A stretch of 64,000 nt of DNA, taken from Thainema sp. (lineage in GTDB: Bacteria > Cyanobacteriota > Cyanobacteriia > Phormidesmidales > Phormidesmidaceae). The position numbers and the translations under genes were made by a program. Under the pieces are notes generated by a model that was not told the origin of the DNA, did no database searches, and worked only from the letters and a program-made list of their open reading frames with translations. The stretch spans positions 11,696 through 75,695 of the forward strand of contig JBQLZK010000035.1 of assembly GCA_052168235.1 (NCBI GenBank), written 5' to 3'. Below, in pieces: positions 19,297-28,793 of this stretch (the first letter of the stretch is position 1; each line of letters starts with the position of its first letter).

Positions 19297-19854
19297 TTGC
19301 AACACCTATCACGCAGCGTGCTTGGCATGAAGAGAGCCGCAACATTTGATCCAACTGGGCAGTATCGCTATTCCCTCACTCGGTGGTGGGACGGAGCAGC
19401 ACCTGCGATCGCATTTTTGATGCTCAATCCCAGTACTGCCGATCATCAGCAGGATGACCCGACAATTCGCCGCTGTATCGGTTTGGCGCAGGCGTGGGGC
19501 TACGGCTCGCTGGAAATTGTTAATCTATTTGCCTATCGGACAACGGTGCCGACGGGGTTGAAAACAGTCAGCGAACCCGTAGGAGCGGAAAATGATCAGT
19601 ATCTGCTGCAAGCGGCACAAATGGCGGAGCAGGTGATTCTCGCCTGGGGAAATTGGGGCACGTTGATGAATCGCGATCGCACTGTCCTTGATCTACTGCA
19701 ACAGCAGAGTATTCGTAGCCTGTACTGTCTTGCCCTCAATAAATCCGGCCAACCCCGCCATCCGCTGTATATCCAAAAAACATGTCAGCCGATGCCTTAT
19801 GACGTTGTGACAAGTCCGGTAGGAGCGAATGGCCATTCGCCCTTACGTAACTGA
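19297..19854 (+). CDS. DUF1643 family protein
   Basis: YRYSLTR.W, MLNPSTAD..DDPT, NLFAYR, AWG and PRHPLY motifs; start may be the ATG at 19327. Confidence 0.9.
   Translation: MQHLSRSVLGMKRAATFDPTGQYRYSLTRWWDGAAPAIAFLMLNPSTADHQQDDPTIRRCIGLAQAWGYGSLEIVNLFAYRTTVPTGLKTVSEPVGAENDQYLLQAAQMAEQVILAWGNWGTLMNRDRTVLDLLQQQSIRSLYCLALNKSGQPRHPLYIQKTCQPMPYDVVTSPVGANGHSPLRN
19819..19846. repeat. GTAG REP/SDR-type palindrome inside the DUF1643 3' end
   Basis: GTAGGAGCGAATGGCCATTCGCCCTTAC, translated in frame as VGANGHSPL. Confidence 0.65.
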
Positions 19855-19879
19855 TGTATACACAGCAGCTACGCCGCGA

Positions 19880-20722
19880 TCAGTCAGGAATTGCTAGGGC
19901 CAGTTGATAAATTTGGCGGCGGGATAGGGAGGTGCGCTGGGCCAATTGACGACTAGCTTGCGATCGCGATAATCCCTGCTGAATTAAATCCTGAAGTTCC
20001 GCTTTCAGGGCTGACTCGGATAACAGCGGTTCCGACTGGGTCGTGCCTTGGATGATGACGGTGTATTCGCCTTGGGGCTGCTGCTGTTCGACGTGATCGA
20101 GGGCGGATTGGAGAGAGCCGCGCCAAAATTCTTCGTGCAGTTTGGTCAGCTCCCGCGCCAGGGTGATCGGTCGATCTGCGTCCAGGGTTTCAGCCAGATC
20201 CGTCAGCGTTTGCTTGAGTCGATGGGGGGATTCGTAGAGAACAATCGTGCGCGATTCAACTGCGATCGCATCTAGCCGATCTCGCCGCTCCTGACCTTTA
20301 GCGGGCAAAAATCCTTCAAATACAAATCGATCCGTGGGCAATCCGCAAGCGCTGAGTCCGGTGATCACAGCGCTCACACCGGGAATTGGCACAACGCTGA
20401 GATTGGCTTCCACACAGGCTTTCACCAGGTCGTATCCTGGATCAGAAATGCCAGGCATTCCGGCATCAGTGACCAGTGCGATCGCAGCTCCCTGCTGAAT
20501 CCGATCCACTAATTCCGGTGTGCGGCTGGCGCGGTTGTGGTCGTGGTAGCTAATCTGGGGCGTGGTGACTTGAAAATGCTGCAAGAGCTTGCCCGTGTGC
20601 CGCGTATCCTCGGCGGCAATCACATCCACCTGCTGCAACACCTGAATCGCCCGAAAGGTCATATCTTCCAGGTTGCCAATCGGTGTACCAACGATATAAA
20701 GCGTGCTCGACTGAACTTCCAT
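19880..20722 (-). CDS. rsmI: 16S rRNA C1402 2'-O-methyltransferase
   Basis: LYIVGTPIGNLED, AEDTR, DAGMPGISDPG, YESPHR and RELTKLHEE motifs. Confidence 0.97.
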   Translation of the reverse strand: MEVQSSTLYIVGTPIGNLEDMTFRAIQVLQQVDVIAAEDTRHTGKLLQHFQVTTPQISYHDHNRASRTPELVDRIQQGAAIALVTDAGMPGISDPGYDLVKACVEANLSVVPIPGVSAVITGLSACGLPTDRFVFEGFLPAKGQERRDRLDAIAVESRTIVLYESPHRLKQTLTDLAETLDADRPITLARELTKLHEEFWRGSLQSALDHVEQQQPQGEYTVIIQGTTQSEPLLSESALKAELQDLIQQGLSRSQASRQLAQRTSLSRRQIYQLALAIPD

Positions 20723-21500
20723 GACTAATCCACTGATAACCCTACTGACTGACTTTGGCCTGCAAGACCCCTACGTCGGCGTGATGAAAGGCGTGATCGC
20801 TCAGATCAATCCCGCCCTGCGCACCATCGACCTCACCCACGACATTCCGCCCCAGAATATTACCCTAGCGCGATTTGCCCTGATGTCGGCCTATGCGTAT
20901 TTTCCGGATGGAACCGTGCATGTCGTCGTGGTTGATCCGGGCGTGGGCGGGACTCGTCGGGCCGTGGCCGTGCAGTTTGAACGGGGATACTGGGTTGCCC
21001 CCGATAATGGTGTGCTGAGCGGGGTGTTGGATCAAGAAACTGCGATCGCAGCTGTAGAACTGACCAATCCCCAATACTGGCGCGATGCTAATCCCAGTTC
21101 AACTTTTCATGGCCGCGACATTTTTGCCCCCGTTGCAGCGTACTTAGCCAGTGGAGTTGCGATCTCGGAACTGGGACAAGCAATTGATCCGCAGACGCTG
21201 ATTCGGCTGGAGGGCATGGATTACTCAACCACTGATGACGGGATAACGGGCTGCATTCAGTCGATTGATCGGTTCGGCAACTTAATCACGACGATTCCCG
21301 GTTCAGCGGTGATGGGGCGAGAGTGGACGTTGGCGATTCGAGACCATACCATTCAAAGCCACCAAACCTATGGAGAAGTCCAGCCAGGAGAGGTTCTGGC
21401 GCTGATTGGCAGTCATGGCTGGGTCGAAATCGCTGTTAACGGCGGCAATGCTCAAGCCCTGCTGAATGCTTCACTAGGCGATGCTGTACAGATACCGTGA
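20721..21500 (+). CDS. SAM hydroxide adenosyltransferase / SAM-dependent halogenase family (DUF62)
   Basis: TLLTDFG, VVDPGVG, PDNG, STFHGRDIF and IDRFGN motifs. Confidence 0.93.
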   Translation: MTNPLITLLTDFGLQDPYVGVMKGVIAQINPALRTIDLTHDIPPQNITLARFALMSAYAYFPDGTVHVVVVDPGVGGTRRAVAVQFERGYWVAPDNGVLSGVLDQETAIAAVELTNPQYWRDANPSSTFHGRDIFAPVAAYLASGVAISELGQAIDPQTLIRLEGMDYSTTDDGITGCIQSIDRFGNLITTIPGSAVMGREWTLAIRDHTIQSHQTYGEVQPGEVLALIGSHGWVEIAVNGGNAQALLNASLGDAVQIP

Positions 21501-21859
21501 TCCCTGGCACCTGATACATTGAAATCGATCACTTCAAGAATTGATAGCAGTCAATCATTCGATTGATTTCGATCAATGATTACAGCTATTGTCATCACTC
21601 TTAAACTCAACTTAAATCACTCGCTTTAAGTGACCAAATTTACAGATTACTTCTACCTGCATCACCCCTAAAGAGCAGGCGATAGGAGATATTAAATGAA
21701 GATTATTTGAAACGCTTTTGTGAACTAAGACGAAGCTAATCGTTTTGGGTTCAACAACTAAGCCAAAGTTCCTTTCAATTGCCCTGAAATAATTTTGGCA
21801 CAGCGCTCAAATTATCGTTACGTAGCAATTACGTAAACCATTTGCCCCCTATGGAGATT

Positions 21860-22192
21860 ATGACAATGAAACGCCTTTTCGTTAGCTTTTCTACAATTGC
21901 GATCGCAACTGCAGCTATTGCCCCCGCTGCTTTTGCAGGTGAACTCTCGACTCAAACCAAATTAAACGAACGGTTTGAACAAGAGCGGCTTCAAACACTG
22001 AACAGCTTGACTGATCGATTTGAGGCTGAGCGAGAAGACACCTTAAATAAGGGTTTGAACGACCGCTTTAAGCAAGAACGACTGCAAACATTAAACAGCT
22101 TAACGGATCGCTTTGAGCAAGAGCGGCTCGAAACCTTAAACGGACTCGCCGATCGATTTGAGGATGCCCGTGATGAAAATTTGGACAGCTAA
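21860..22192 (+). CDS. Secreted small protein with five 15-16-aa tandem repeats
   Basis: Signal peptide MKRLFVSFSTIAIATAAIAPAAFA, then repeats LxDRFExERxxTLN; GGAG before the ATGs at 21860/21866. Confidence 0.8.
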   Translation: MTMKRLFVSFSTIAIATAAIAPAAFAGELSTQTKLNERFEQERLQTLNSLTDRFEAEREDTLNKGLNDRFKQERLQTLNSLTDRFEQERLETLNGLADRFEDARDENLDS

Positions 22193-22420
22193 ACTAAACA
22201 GCTAATTCCATTTGTTTTTTCATCGTGTCTAGTTCAATTTGTGCTGTAGAGAACCTAAGAGATGAATGAAATGTAGGATAAGCATTGCTTGTCCTACATT
22301 TTTCTTGTCATGATACAAGCAGGAATTTCCTGTATTCTCAGCACTCAAAAAGCAAGGCGAGAAGCGAGAGGATCCAAGAAATTCTATTTCCTTCCGCACT
22401 AGCATCCATCCCATCTGCAC

Positions 22421-22981
22421 ATGAATCAACCGCAAAAATGGCAAATTCTTCGTTCTCATTGGGCACTCGATCATCCCTGGTGTCGAGTACGGCAGGATGT
22501 GGTGGCGCTGCCCAACGGTCGGGTTGTGGATGATTACTTTGTGCATGTTCGTAAAGATGTAGCGCTTGTGCTGCCAATCACATCTCAGCACGAAGTCGTC
22601 ATGGTGCGCCAATATCGCCACGGCATTCAAGATATCCTGCTCGAACTGCCAGCTGGCACGTTTGATCCGACACAGGAACAGCCTCAGGTTGCAGCCCAGC
22701 GCGAACTACAGGAAGAGACGGGATACGGAGCCGAAACACTAATTCCCCTATCGGTTTTGTATGACAATCCAGTCAAAGATACCAACCGAATTCATCTCTT
22801 TCTGGCCCAAAACGCCAAACCAATCACAGATCAGCAACTTGATGAAACCGAAGATATTGAAATTGTTCTCGTGCCGCTCAGTGAAGTCATGACCCACGTT
22901 GTGCAAGGAGGAATCCGGGTTGCGGGAACGGTTTCTGCTCTCTTTTTAGGTTTGGAGTGGTTTCGATCGCACTCTTCCTAA
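22421..22981 (+). CDS. NUDIX hydrolase (ADP-ribose pyrophosphatase-like)
   Basis: RQYRH..ELPAG...AAQRELQEETG Nudix box. Confidence 0.93.
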   Translation: MNQPQKWQILRSHWALDHPWCRVRQDVVALPNGRVVDDYFVHVRKDVALVLPITSQHEVVMVRQYRHGIQDILLELPAGTFDPTQEQPQVAAQRELQEETGYGAETLIPLSVLYDNPVKDTNRIHLFLAQNAKPITDQQLDETEDIEIVLVPLSEVMTHVVQGGIRVAGTVSALFLGLEWFRSHSS

Positions 22982-23183
22982 CGTTAGTTCGGGATAATTG
23001 GCAACAAACATAGCATTTTGATCCCGTTCCTGGAGGGATGCCCGGAGGGCGGGGTGGGTTGAATTTGCAACTGCAACATACTGACGATTGACGTCTGTTA
23101 TACCAAATCACGCCTGAGCGTGCAGTCAATCCGGTAGGATAAAAAATGGACAAAATTTGCAATTGACTGCATCGTTTCTCTGA

Positions 23184-23729
23184 TTGATGTCTCCTATGAG
23201 CCGAACAGTTGGGTTTTCCGTTCAACAGAAGTCGCTGCGATCGCGACTCCTTAGCAGACTAAAGCAAGCTGTAGCGCTGCTAGCCATTGTGGTATTGACC
23301 TTGGGTTTAGCCCTCCCTGCCCATGCTGAAGACTTTGATAAGCGCGATTTAATCAAAGCAGATTTATCCAACCGCGACTTTACGGATTCCAGCTTTACCA
23401 AGGCCAACCTGCGGGAAAGCAACCTGAGCAACACCAATTTCATGGGCGTTAGCCTGTTCGGAGCGCATTTTGAACTGGCGAATCTGGAAGGAGCTAACCT
23501 GAGCTTCGCCACCCTCGACACAGCCAATTTTACTAAAGCCAACCTAACGAACGCCATCCTCGAAGGAGCCTACGCATTCAATGCGCAGTTTGATGGCGCA
23601 ATTGTTGATGGCGCAGACTTTACCGATACATTTCTGCGTCAAGATGCCATCAATTTGCTCTGTAAAACCGCTAAAGGCACCAACCCAGTCACCGGACGTA
23701 ATACCCGCGACACTCTGTATTGTCCTTAA
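23184..23729 (+). CDS. Exported (lumenal-type) pentapeptide-repeat protein
   Basis: Signal ending PAHA, pentapeptide repeats, C-terminal LC..A.GTNPVTG..TRDTL.C. Confidence 0.88.
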   Translation: MMSPMSRTVGFSVQQKSLRSRLLSRLKQAVALLAIVVLTLGLALPAHAEDFDKRDLIKADLSNRDFTDSSFTKANLRESNLSNTNFMGVSLFGAHFELANLEGANLSFATLDTANFTKANLTNAILEGAYAFNAQFDGAIVDGADFTDTFLRQDAINLLCKTAKGTNPVTGRNTRDTLYCP

Positions 23730-23789
23730 AGACAATAATGATTGGAGAACCATGCAGACTGTATTGGCATGGCTTGCTCCAAATCACTT

Positions 23790-24137
23790 ATGAAGTACGT
23801 TTACGGTGTTCTATGTGTGCTGGGCAGCGTGTTGCCCTACTGGCAATTTATCCCGTGGCTACTCACACATGGCCTCGATATTCCGTTGCTGATTCAGGAA
23901 GCGTCACAGCTTCGCATCAGTGCCTTTGCTTGGCTAGATGTCCTGGTTTCAGCCATTGTCCTCCTTAGCTTTATTGGCTACGAAGGCCGCCGTTTGGGCA
24001 TGAAAACATTGTGGTTACCAATTTTAAGCACTGCGGTAGTCGGCGTTTCCTTGGGCCTACCGTTGTTTTTGCTGATGCGAGAACAGCATCTTGAACAACA
24101 GCAGCAACAGGCCGAAATAGCTGACATCGGTTCGTAG
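23790..24137 (+). CDS. DUF2834-like membrane protein
   Basis: LPYWQF, FAWLDV and VGVSLGLPLFLLMRE motifs. Confidence 0.75.
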   Translation: MKYVYGVLCVLGSVLPYWQFIPWLLTHGLDIPLLIQEASQLRISAFAWLDVLVSAIVLLSFIGYEGRRLGMKTLWLPILSTAVVGVSLGLPLFLLMREQHLEQQQQQAEIADIGS

Positions 24138-24310
24138 AGTCTTGAGGCTCTTTCTATCGGCTGATCGCGAGCGATGAAACTCAACAGCAAACCGCCCGCA
24201 GCCGCTCAATTTTTCAAAATTATTGTCAGAAATTGTTCAAAAAAATTGTCGGGTTTAGCCTATTCATCTGTGCAGATTGACCGAAACCCTTGACATTGGG
24301 TGCTTTCCCA

Positions 24311-24335
24311 ATACCCGACTAATTTAGTCGGGTAT
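24311..24335. promoter_or_regulatory. Rrf2 (IscR type-1-like) operator upstream of the thrC-like/moaD-like operon
   Basis: Palindrome ATACCCGACTA-ATT-TAGTCGGGTAT fits ATASYYGACTRwwwYAGTCRRSTAT at every position; TTGACA at 24290-24295. Confidence 0.75.
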
Positions 24336-24448
24336 GTTTGCGACAATTTTGCACCCCGTGATACGCTTTGTGAACGTTGGGTAAAGGACGTTCTAAAACC
24401 CTCATCCAACTTGCGATAGAGACGTTGTTGAATTGAAGCGAAGAAATC

Positions 24449-25765
24449 ATGACTCAGCTAAGCGATACCCTTCCCACCCAGTCCACTCAAACTCGGAAGC
24501 CCACGTTTACGGCCCTGCGCTGTAAAGAGTGCGGCGCTGAGTATGAACCTAAAGCGACCAATGTTTGCGAGTTCTGCTTTGGCCCACTGGAAGTCACCTA
24601 CGACTACGATGAGATTCGCCGCCGCGTGACTCGTGAATCCATTGAGCGAGGCCCAAATTCCATCTGGCGCTATAAAGACCTGCTGCCCGTTGCCACTGAC
24701 GACCCCATTGATGTCGGCACGGGGATGACGCCGCTGATCAAAGCGAATCGGTTGGCGCGTCGCCTAGGTCTCAAAGAGCTTTACATCAAGAATGACGCGG
24801 TTAACATGCCGACCCTCAGCTTCAAGGATCGGGTGGTCTCGGTAGCATTGACCCGCGCTCGTGAACTAGGGTTTTCCACGGTATCCTGCGCCAGTACGGG
24901 TAACTTGGCCAATTCCACAGCTGCGATCGCAGCTCATGCGGGGTTAGACTGCTGCGTCTTTATCCCCTCTGATTTGGAAGCGGGCAAGGTACTGGGTACG
25001 CTGATTTACAACCCCACGCTGATGGCGGTTAAGGGCAACTACGACCAGGTCAATCGCCTCTGCTCTGAAGTTGCCAACACCCACGGCTGGGGCTTCGTCA
25101 ACATCAACCTACGTCCCTACTACTCCGAAGGTTCCAAGACCCTCGGGTACGAAGTGATTGAGCAGCTCGGCTGGAAACTGCCCGACCACATCGTTGCGCC
25201 GCTGGCCTCTGGCTCTCTGTTCGGCAAGATCTACAAAGGCTTTAACGAATTCACCCAACTCGGTCTGGTGGAAGGCAAGCCTGTCCGCTTCAGCGGTGCC
25301 CAAGCTGAAGGCTGTTCCCCCATTGCGCAAGCCTTCAAGGAAGGCCGCGACTTCATCACCCCAGTGAAGCCCAACACAATCGCTAAGTCGATTGCGATCG
25401 GTAATCCGGCAGACGGCGTTTACGCGGTCGATATCGCGAACAAGACCAACGGCAACATTGAGTCCGTCACCGATGCTGAAATCGTTGAGGGTATGAAGCT
25501 GCTGGCCGAGACGGAAGGCATCTTCACCGAAACCGCTGGTGGTACGACAATCGCCGTACTTAAGAAGCTGGTTGAAGCTGGCAAGATTGATCCGGACGAA
25601 ACCACCGTTGCCTATATCACAGGTAACGGTCTCAAGACCCAGGAAGCGGTTCAAGGCTACGTGGGCGAGCCACTGACCATCGAGCCCAAGCTGGAAAGCT
25701 TTGAGCACGCCCTAGAGCGGGCACGCACCTTGGATCGCCTGGAGTGGCAGCAAACGTCTGTCTAA
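24449..25765 (+). CDS. Threonine synthase-like PLP enzyme (possible sulfur-carrier-dependent sulfhydrylase)
   Basis: Zn ribbon CKEC..CEFC, PLP lysine in PTLSFKDR, CASTGN and YYSEGSKT motifs. Confidence 0.9.
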   Translation: MTQLSDTLPTQSTQTRKPTFTALRCKECGAEYEPKATNVCEFCFGPLEVTYDYDEIRRRVTRESIERGPNSIWRYKDLLPVATDDPIDVGTGMTPLIKANRLARRLGLKELYIKNDAVNMPTLSFKDRVVSVALTRARELGFSTVSCASTGNLANSTAAIAAHAGLDCCVFIPSDLEAGKVLGTLIYNPTLMAVKGNYDQVNRLCSEVANTHGWGFVNINLRPYYSEGSKTLGYEVIEQLGWKLPDHIVAPLASGSLFGKIYKGFNEFTQLGLVEGKPVRFSGAQAEGCSPIAQAFKEGRDFITPVKPNTIAKSIAIGNPADGVYAVDIANKTNGNIESVTDAEIVEGMKLLAETEGIFTETAGGTTIAVLKKLVEAGKIDPDETTVAYITGNGLKTQEAVQGYVGEPLTIEPKLESFEHALERARTLDRLEWQQTSV

Positions 25766-25810
25766 TTTGTAAACCCTTGTAATTTGTATCTTCTACTCAT
25801 CTGGTAAACA

Positions 25811-26086
25811 ATGGCTGTCAAAGTTCTCATTCCAACCCCTCTGCAAAAGTTCACCAATAATCAAGCCACGATTGAGTGCGACGGCGGCAACATCTCTGAG
25901 CTGCTGGATGCGCTGAATCAGTCCTGCCCTGGCATCAAAGAGCGCCTGTGCAACGAAGAAGGTGAACTGCGTCGGTTCGTCAACTTCTACGTCAACAGCG
26001 AAGACATTCGCTTCCTAGACGGCAAAAATACAGCGCTGAACGAAGGTGATGAAGTCAGCATCGTACCAGCAGTTGCTGGGGGCTAA
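25811..26086 (+). CDS. MoaD/ThiS/CysO-family ubiquitin-like sulfur carrier
   Basis: 91 aa; [12 protein letters not shown] and C-terminal PAVAGG. Confidence 0.93.
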   Translation: MAVKVLIPTPLQKFTNNQATIECDGGNISELLDALNQSCPGIKERLCNEEGELRRFVNFYVNSEDIRFLDGKNTALNEGDEVSIVPAVAGG

Positions 26087-26110
26087 TATTAAGTCTGGTT
26101 GAAAACCCAT

Positions 26111-26163
26111 AATTTATTGTTTGTAAAACGTTTGCTCTGCAAACGTTTTACAAACAATAAATT
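26111..26163. terminator. Perfect 25-bp hairpin after the sulfur-carrier gene
   Basis: AATTTATTGTTTGTAAAACGTTTGC-TCT-GCAAACGTTTTACAAACAATAAATT. Confidence 0.6.
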
Positions 26164-26324
26164 GGGTTCTTATACACAGAGTTGATATAAATTCTCTAGA
26201 TTTTTAAGTTTCAATCGGGTGCATCTGTTTACAACATAGGCTACAACGTCTTTTTCGCATTGCTAAGGAGTTCTGATGGGTTATACCGTTGGAGCTCCTT
26301 TTTTTAGATGCGTTTATTTATATG

Positions 26325-26429
26325 TATAGCTGTAGCCACGTTGGTTAGGACGTTGGAAGACCCTGAAAACGTTCAAACGTTTAAACGTTAGATTTCGTAA
26401 ATGGCACAACCAAAGTGGTGATGGTTATA
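26325..26429. mobile_element. MITE-like repeat with AACGTT core (copy 3)
   Basis: TATAGCTGTAGCCACGTTGGTTAGGAC ... CAACCAAAGTGGTGATGGTTATA with three internal AAACGTT units. Confidence 0.6.
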
Positions 26430-26523
26430 TTCTCAACCTCAATCGTATAAGCACCCACAACTGTAGACAGACACCAGCAGCAAGATGCCCAACTACAGTT
26501 AAAGGGTATTCAACGGAATTTGC

Positions 26524-27366
26524 ATGACTTTCAATATTGTTGACGCTGACCACAAACTTAGTCAGCCATTTGTGTTCAACTGGATCAGCCTTGCGCTTTT
26601 TGCGGCAGTTCACACTCTCGCTTTACTCGCTCCCTGGTTTTTCTCTTGGTCAGCACTAGGAGTCGCCCTTTTCCTGCACTGGCTATTTGGCAGTATTGGC
26701 ATTTGTCTGGGATATCATCGGCTACTCACGCATCGCAGTTTGCGCCTTCCTAAGGGACTGGAATATGCGATCGCACTAGTGGGTGCTCTCGCATTACAAG
26801 GAGGGCCGATTTTCTGGGTTGCAGGGCATCGTCGGCACCACATGTACACTGAAGACATTGACAAAGATCCTTACTCTGCGAAACGAGGATTTTGGTGGAG
26901 TCACATGGGCTGGATGCTTTACGAGCGCCCAGAGTTTTTTGAGTACGAATCGAATCGCCAATTTGCACCCGATCTAGCCAAAGATGCCTTCTACCGTTGG
27001 CTCGATCGCTACTACATGCTGCTGCAAATCCCGCTCGGCGTTGGACTATACCTGCTTGGGGGATGGTCATTCGTGATCTATGGAATATTTGTAAGAGCCG
27101 TCTTACTCTGGCACAGCACGTGGTTGATCAACTCTGCAAGCCACATCACAGGCTATCGCAGCCACGACTCGGACGATAACTCTCGCAACCTCTGGTGGAC
27201 AGCAATTCTCACCTATGGAGAAGGCTGGCACAACAACCATCATGCCTATCCCAACGTGGCCAAAGCAGGCTGGAAATGGTGGGAAATCGATATGACTTGG
27301 TGGGTCATTGTGGGCTTAAAGCACCTGGGATTGGCGCAAAGAATTGTCTTACCGCCATCAGTTTGA
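26524..27366 (+). CDS. desC: Delta-9 acyl-lipid desaturase (DesC family)
   Basis: His boxes HRLLTH, HRRHH and GWHNNHH. Confidence 0.9.
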   Translation: MTFNIVDADHKLSQPFVFNWISLALFAAVHTLALLAPWFFSWSALGVALFLHWLFGSIGICLGYHRLLTHRSLRLPKGLEYAIALVGALALQGGPIFWVAGHRRHHMYTEDIDKDPYSAKRGFWWSHMGWMLYERPEFFEYESNRQFAPDLAKDAFYRWLDRYYMLLQIPLGVGLYLLGGWSFVIYGIFVRAVLLWHSTWLINSASHITGYRSHDSDDNSRNLWWTAILTYGEGWHNNHHAYPNVAKAGWKWWEIDMTWWVIVGLKHLGLAQRIVLPPSV

Positions 27367-27378
27367 TCACTACTCATA

Positions 27379-28520
27379 TCAAGTCTGTGTTCGCGGCAGA
27401 CGGACAGTAAACGTCGTACCTTCCTGCGCTGTCGAGGCAACCGTAATTGTGCCCCCGTGGGCAACAACGACCTCCCGCACAATATACAATCCCAGACCGA
27501 TACTGCTCGAAACTTTTTGCGATGCTGATTCCGAAGTAGCGTAGTGCATGAGCGGATCGAAGATCGTTGTCAGCATCTCCGACGGGAGCGGCGGCCCTTC
27601 ATTATGCACACTCAAGACCACGGTTGATTCTTCTGACGCGATCGCAAGTTCGATTGCCCCCTCGGTTGCCCCGTGCTGAAGGGCGTTGCCCAGCAGATTG
27701 GAGATCACCTGTCGCAGTCGGGCTGCATCCCAGTTGCCCATGAGGTCACCGTCTGGGTGAAAGCGCAGCGTGCGCTGCGGGTAGGCAAAGCAGAATTCTT
27801 CAAAGACGTTGCGACCCAGTTTTTCCAGATCGACCGGATTGCGCGTCAACGGCATCGCGCTACCCAGTCCCGTCGATGCGAAGTCGATCAGGTCATTAGT
27901 CAACCGGGTGATCGTCTGCGTATTCCTATCGATCATCGATAGTGCTTTGGCAGAGGGCGCATCTTTGTCTGTGATGCGCGCAGCCAGTTGTACAGCCACG
28001 CGGATGGTGTTCAGCGGGCTACGCAGGTCATGGCTGAGGATCGCCAGGAACATGCGGCGCGACTGCTCCACCTGTTTGGTGTAACTGCCAACAGCTTCAG
28101 CAAGGGATTGATCGATCGCCTCATTGAAGCGGGTGATGTCGTTGATATCGTTGATATCGGGCTGCGGGTGCTGGCCCGCCACAAACGGAGCACGCTGGCC
28201 CGCAGGGCACGATATTCAGCAACGACTTCTATGATGTCAAAGCCTGAGCCTACACGTTCCACACCATGCTGTTGCGAGGCGTAGTCGAGGTGATCGCTCT
28301 CCTCGCCGCCAGCACCGCCGTAGCCTTTAGACTTGCTGGCCTGCTGAGCGAGGTTCTGATCGCTCTGCATATCCCGCACGGCGGCCAGCAGGATTGGCTC
28401 AGCAGCATCACGCAGGGCAAGCTTGGTCATCTCCGCCCCAGGAGAGAGGCTACGCGCAAACGTTTCCCATTCTGCGAGGATGGGTTCAATATTCCCCAGA
28501 ATGAAGTCGGCCAGTCGCAT
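27379..28520 (-). pseudogene. Frameshifted sensor histidine kinase
   Basis: 5' ORF 28011-28520 (MRLADFIL.NIEPILAEWE, RsbRD-N-like) and 3' ORF 27379-28182 (SHDLRSPL, NALQHG, GLGLY) join by a 1-nt shift near 28166-28170. Confidence 0.82.
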
Positions 28521-28793
28521 CGGTTTCTCCGCTGAGTACGGATTACAAATAAGGGAAATGCTACCACGGGGAAACGTCTAGATTTTGACGAGGCTGCGAT
28601 TTAGACCCATTAAGTATTTTGCTCTACTCCCTCAACAGCGCTTTTTCTTCCAGAACGTGCGATCGCGCTTTTTCAGTCCTAAACAACCAAATCAAGTTCG
28701 TGAGGACGACAACGGCTTAGCCAAATCTCCAGGTTTCACCACCAGAACCGAATTTATAATCAACTTGGCTGCTGCAACTTGAGATAGAAACCG

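Noticed and set aside
20721..21500. Fluorinase/chlorinase biosynthetic cluster
   Set aside because: No biosynthetic neighbours; a general DUF62 SAM hydrolase is more parsimonious.
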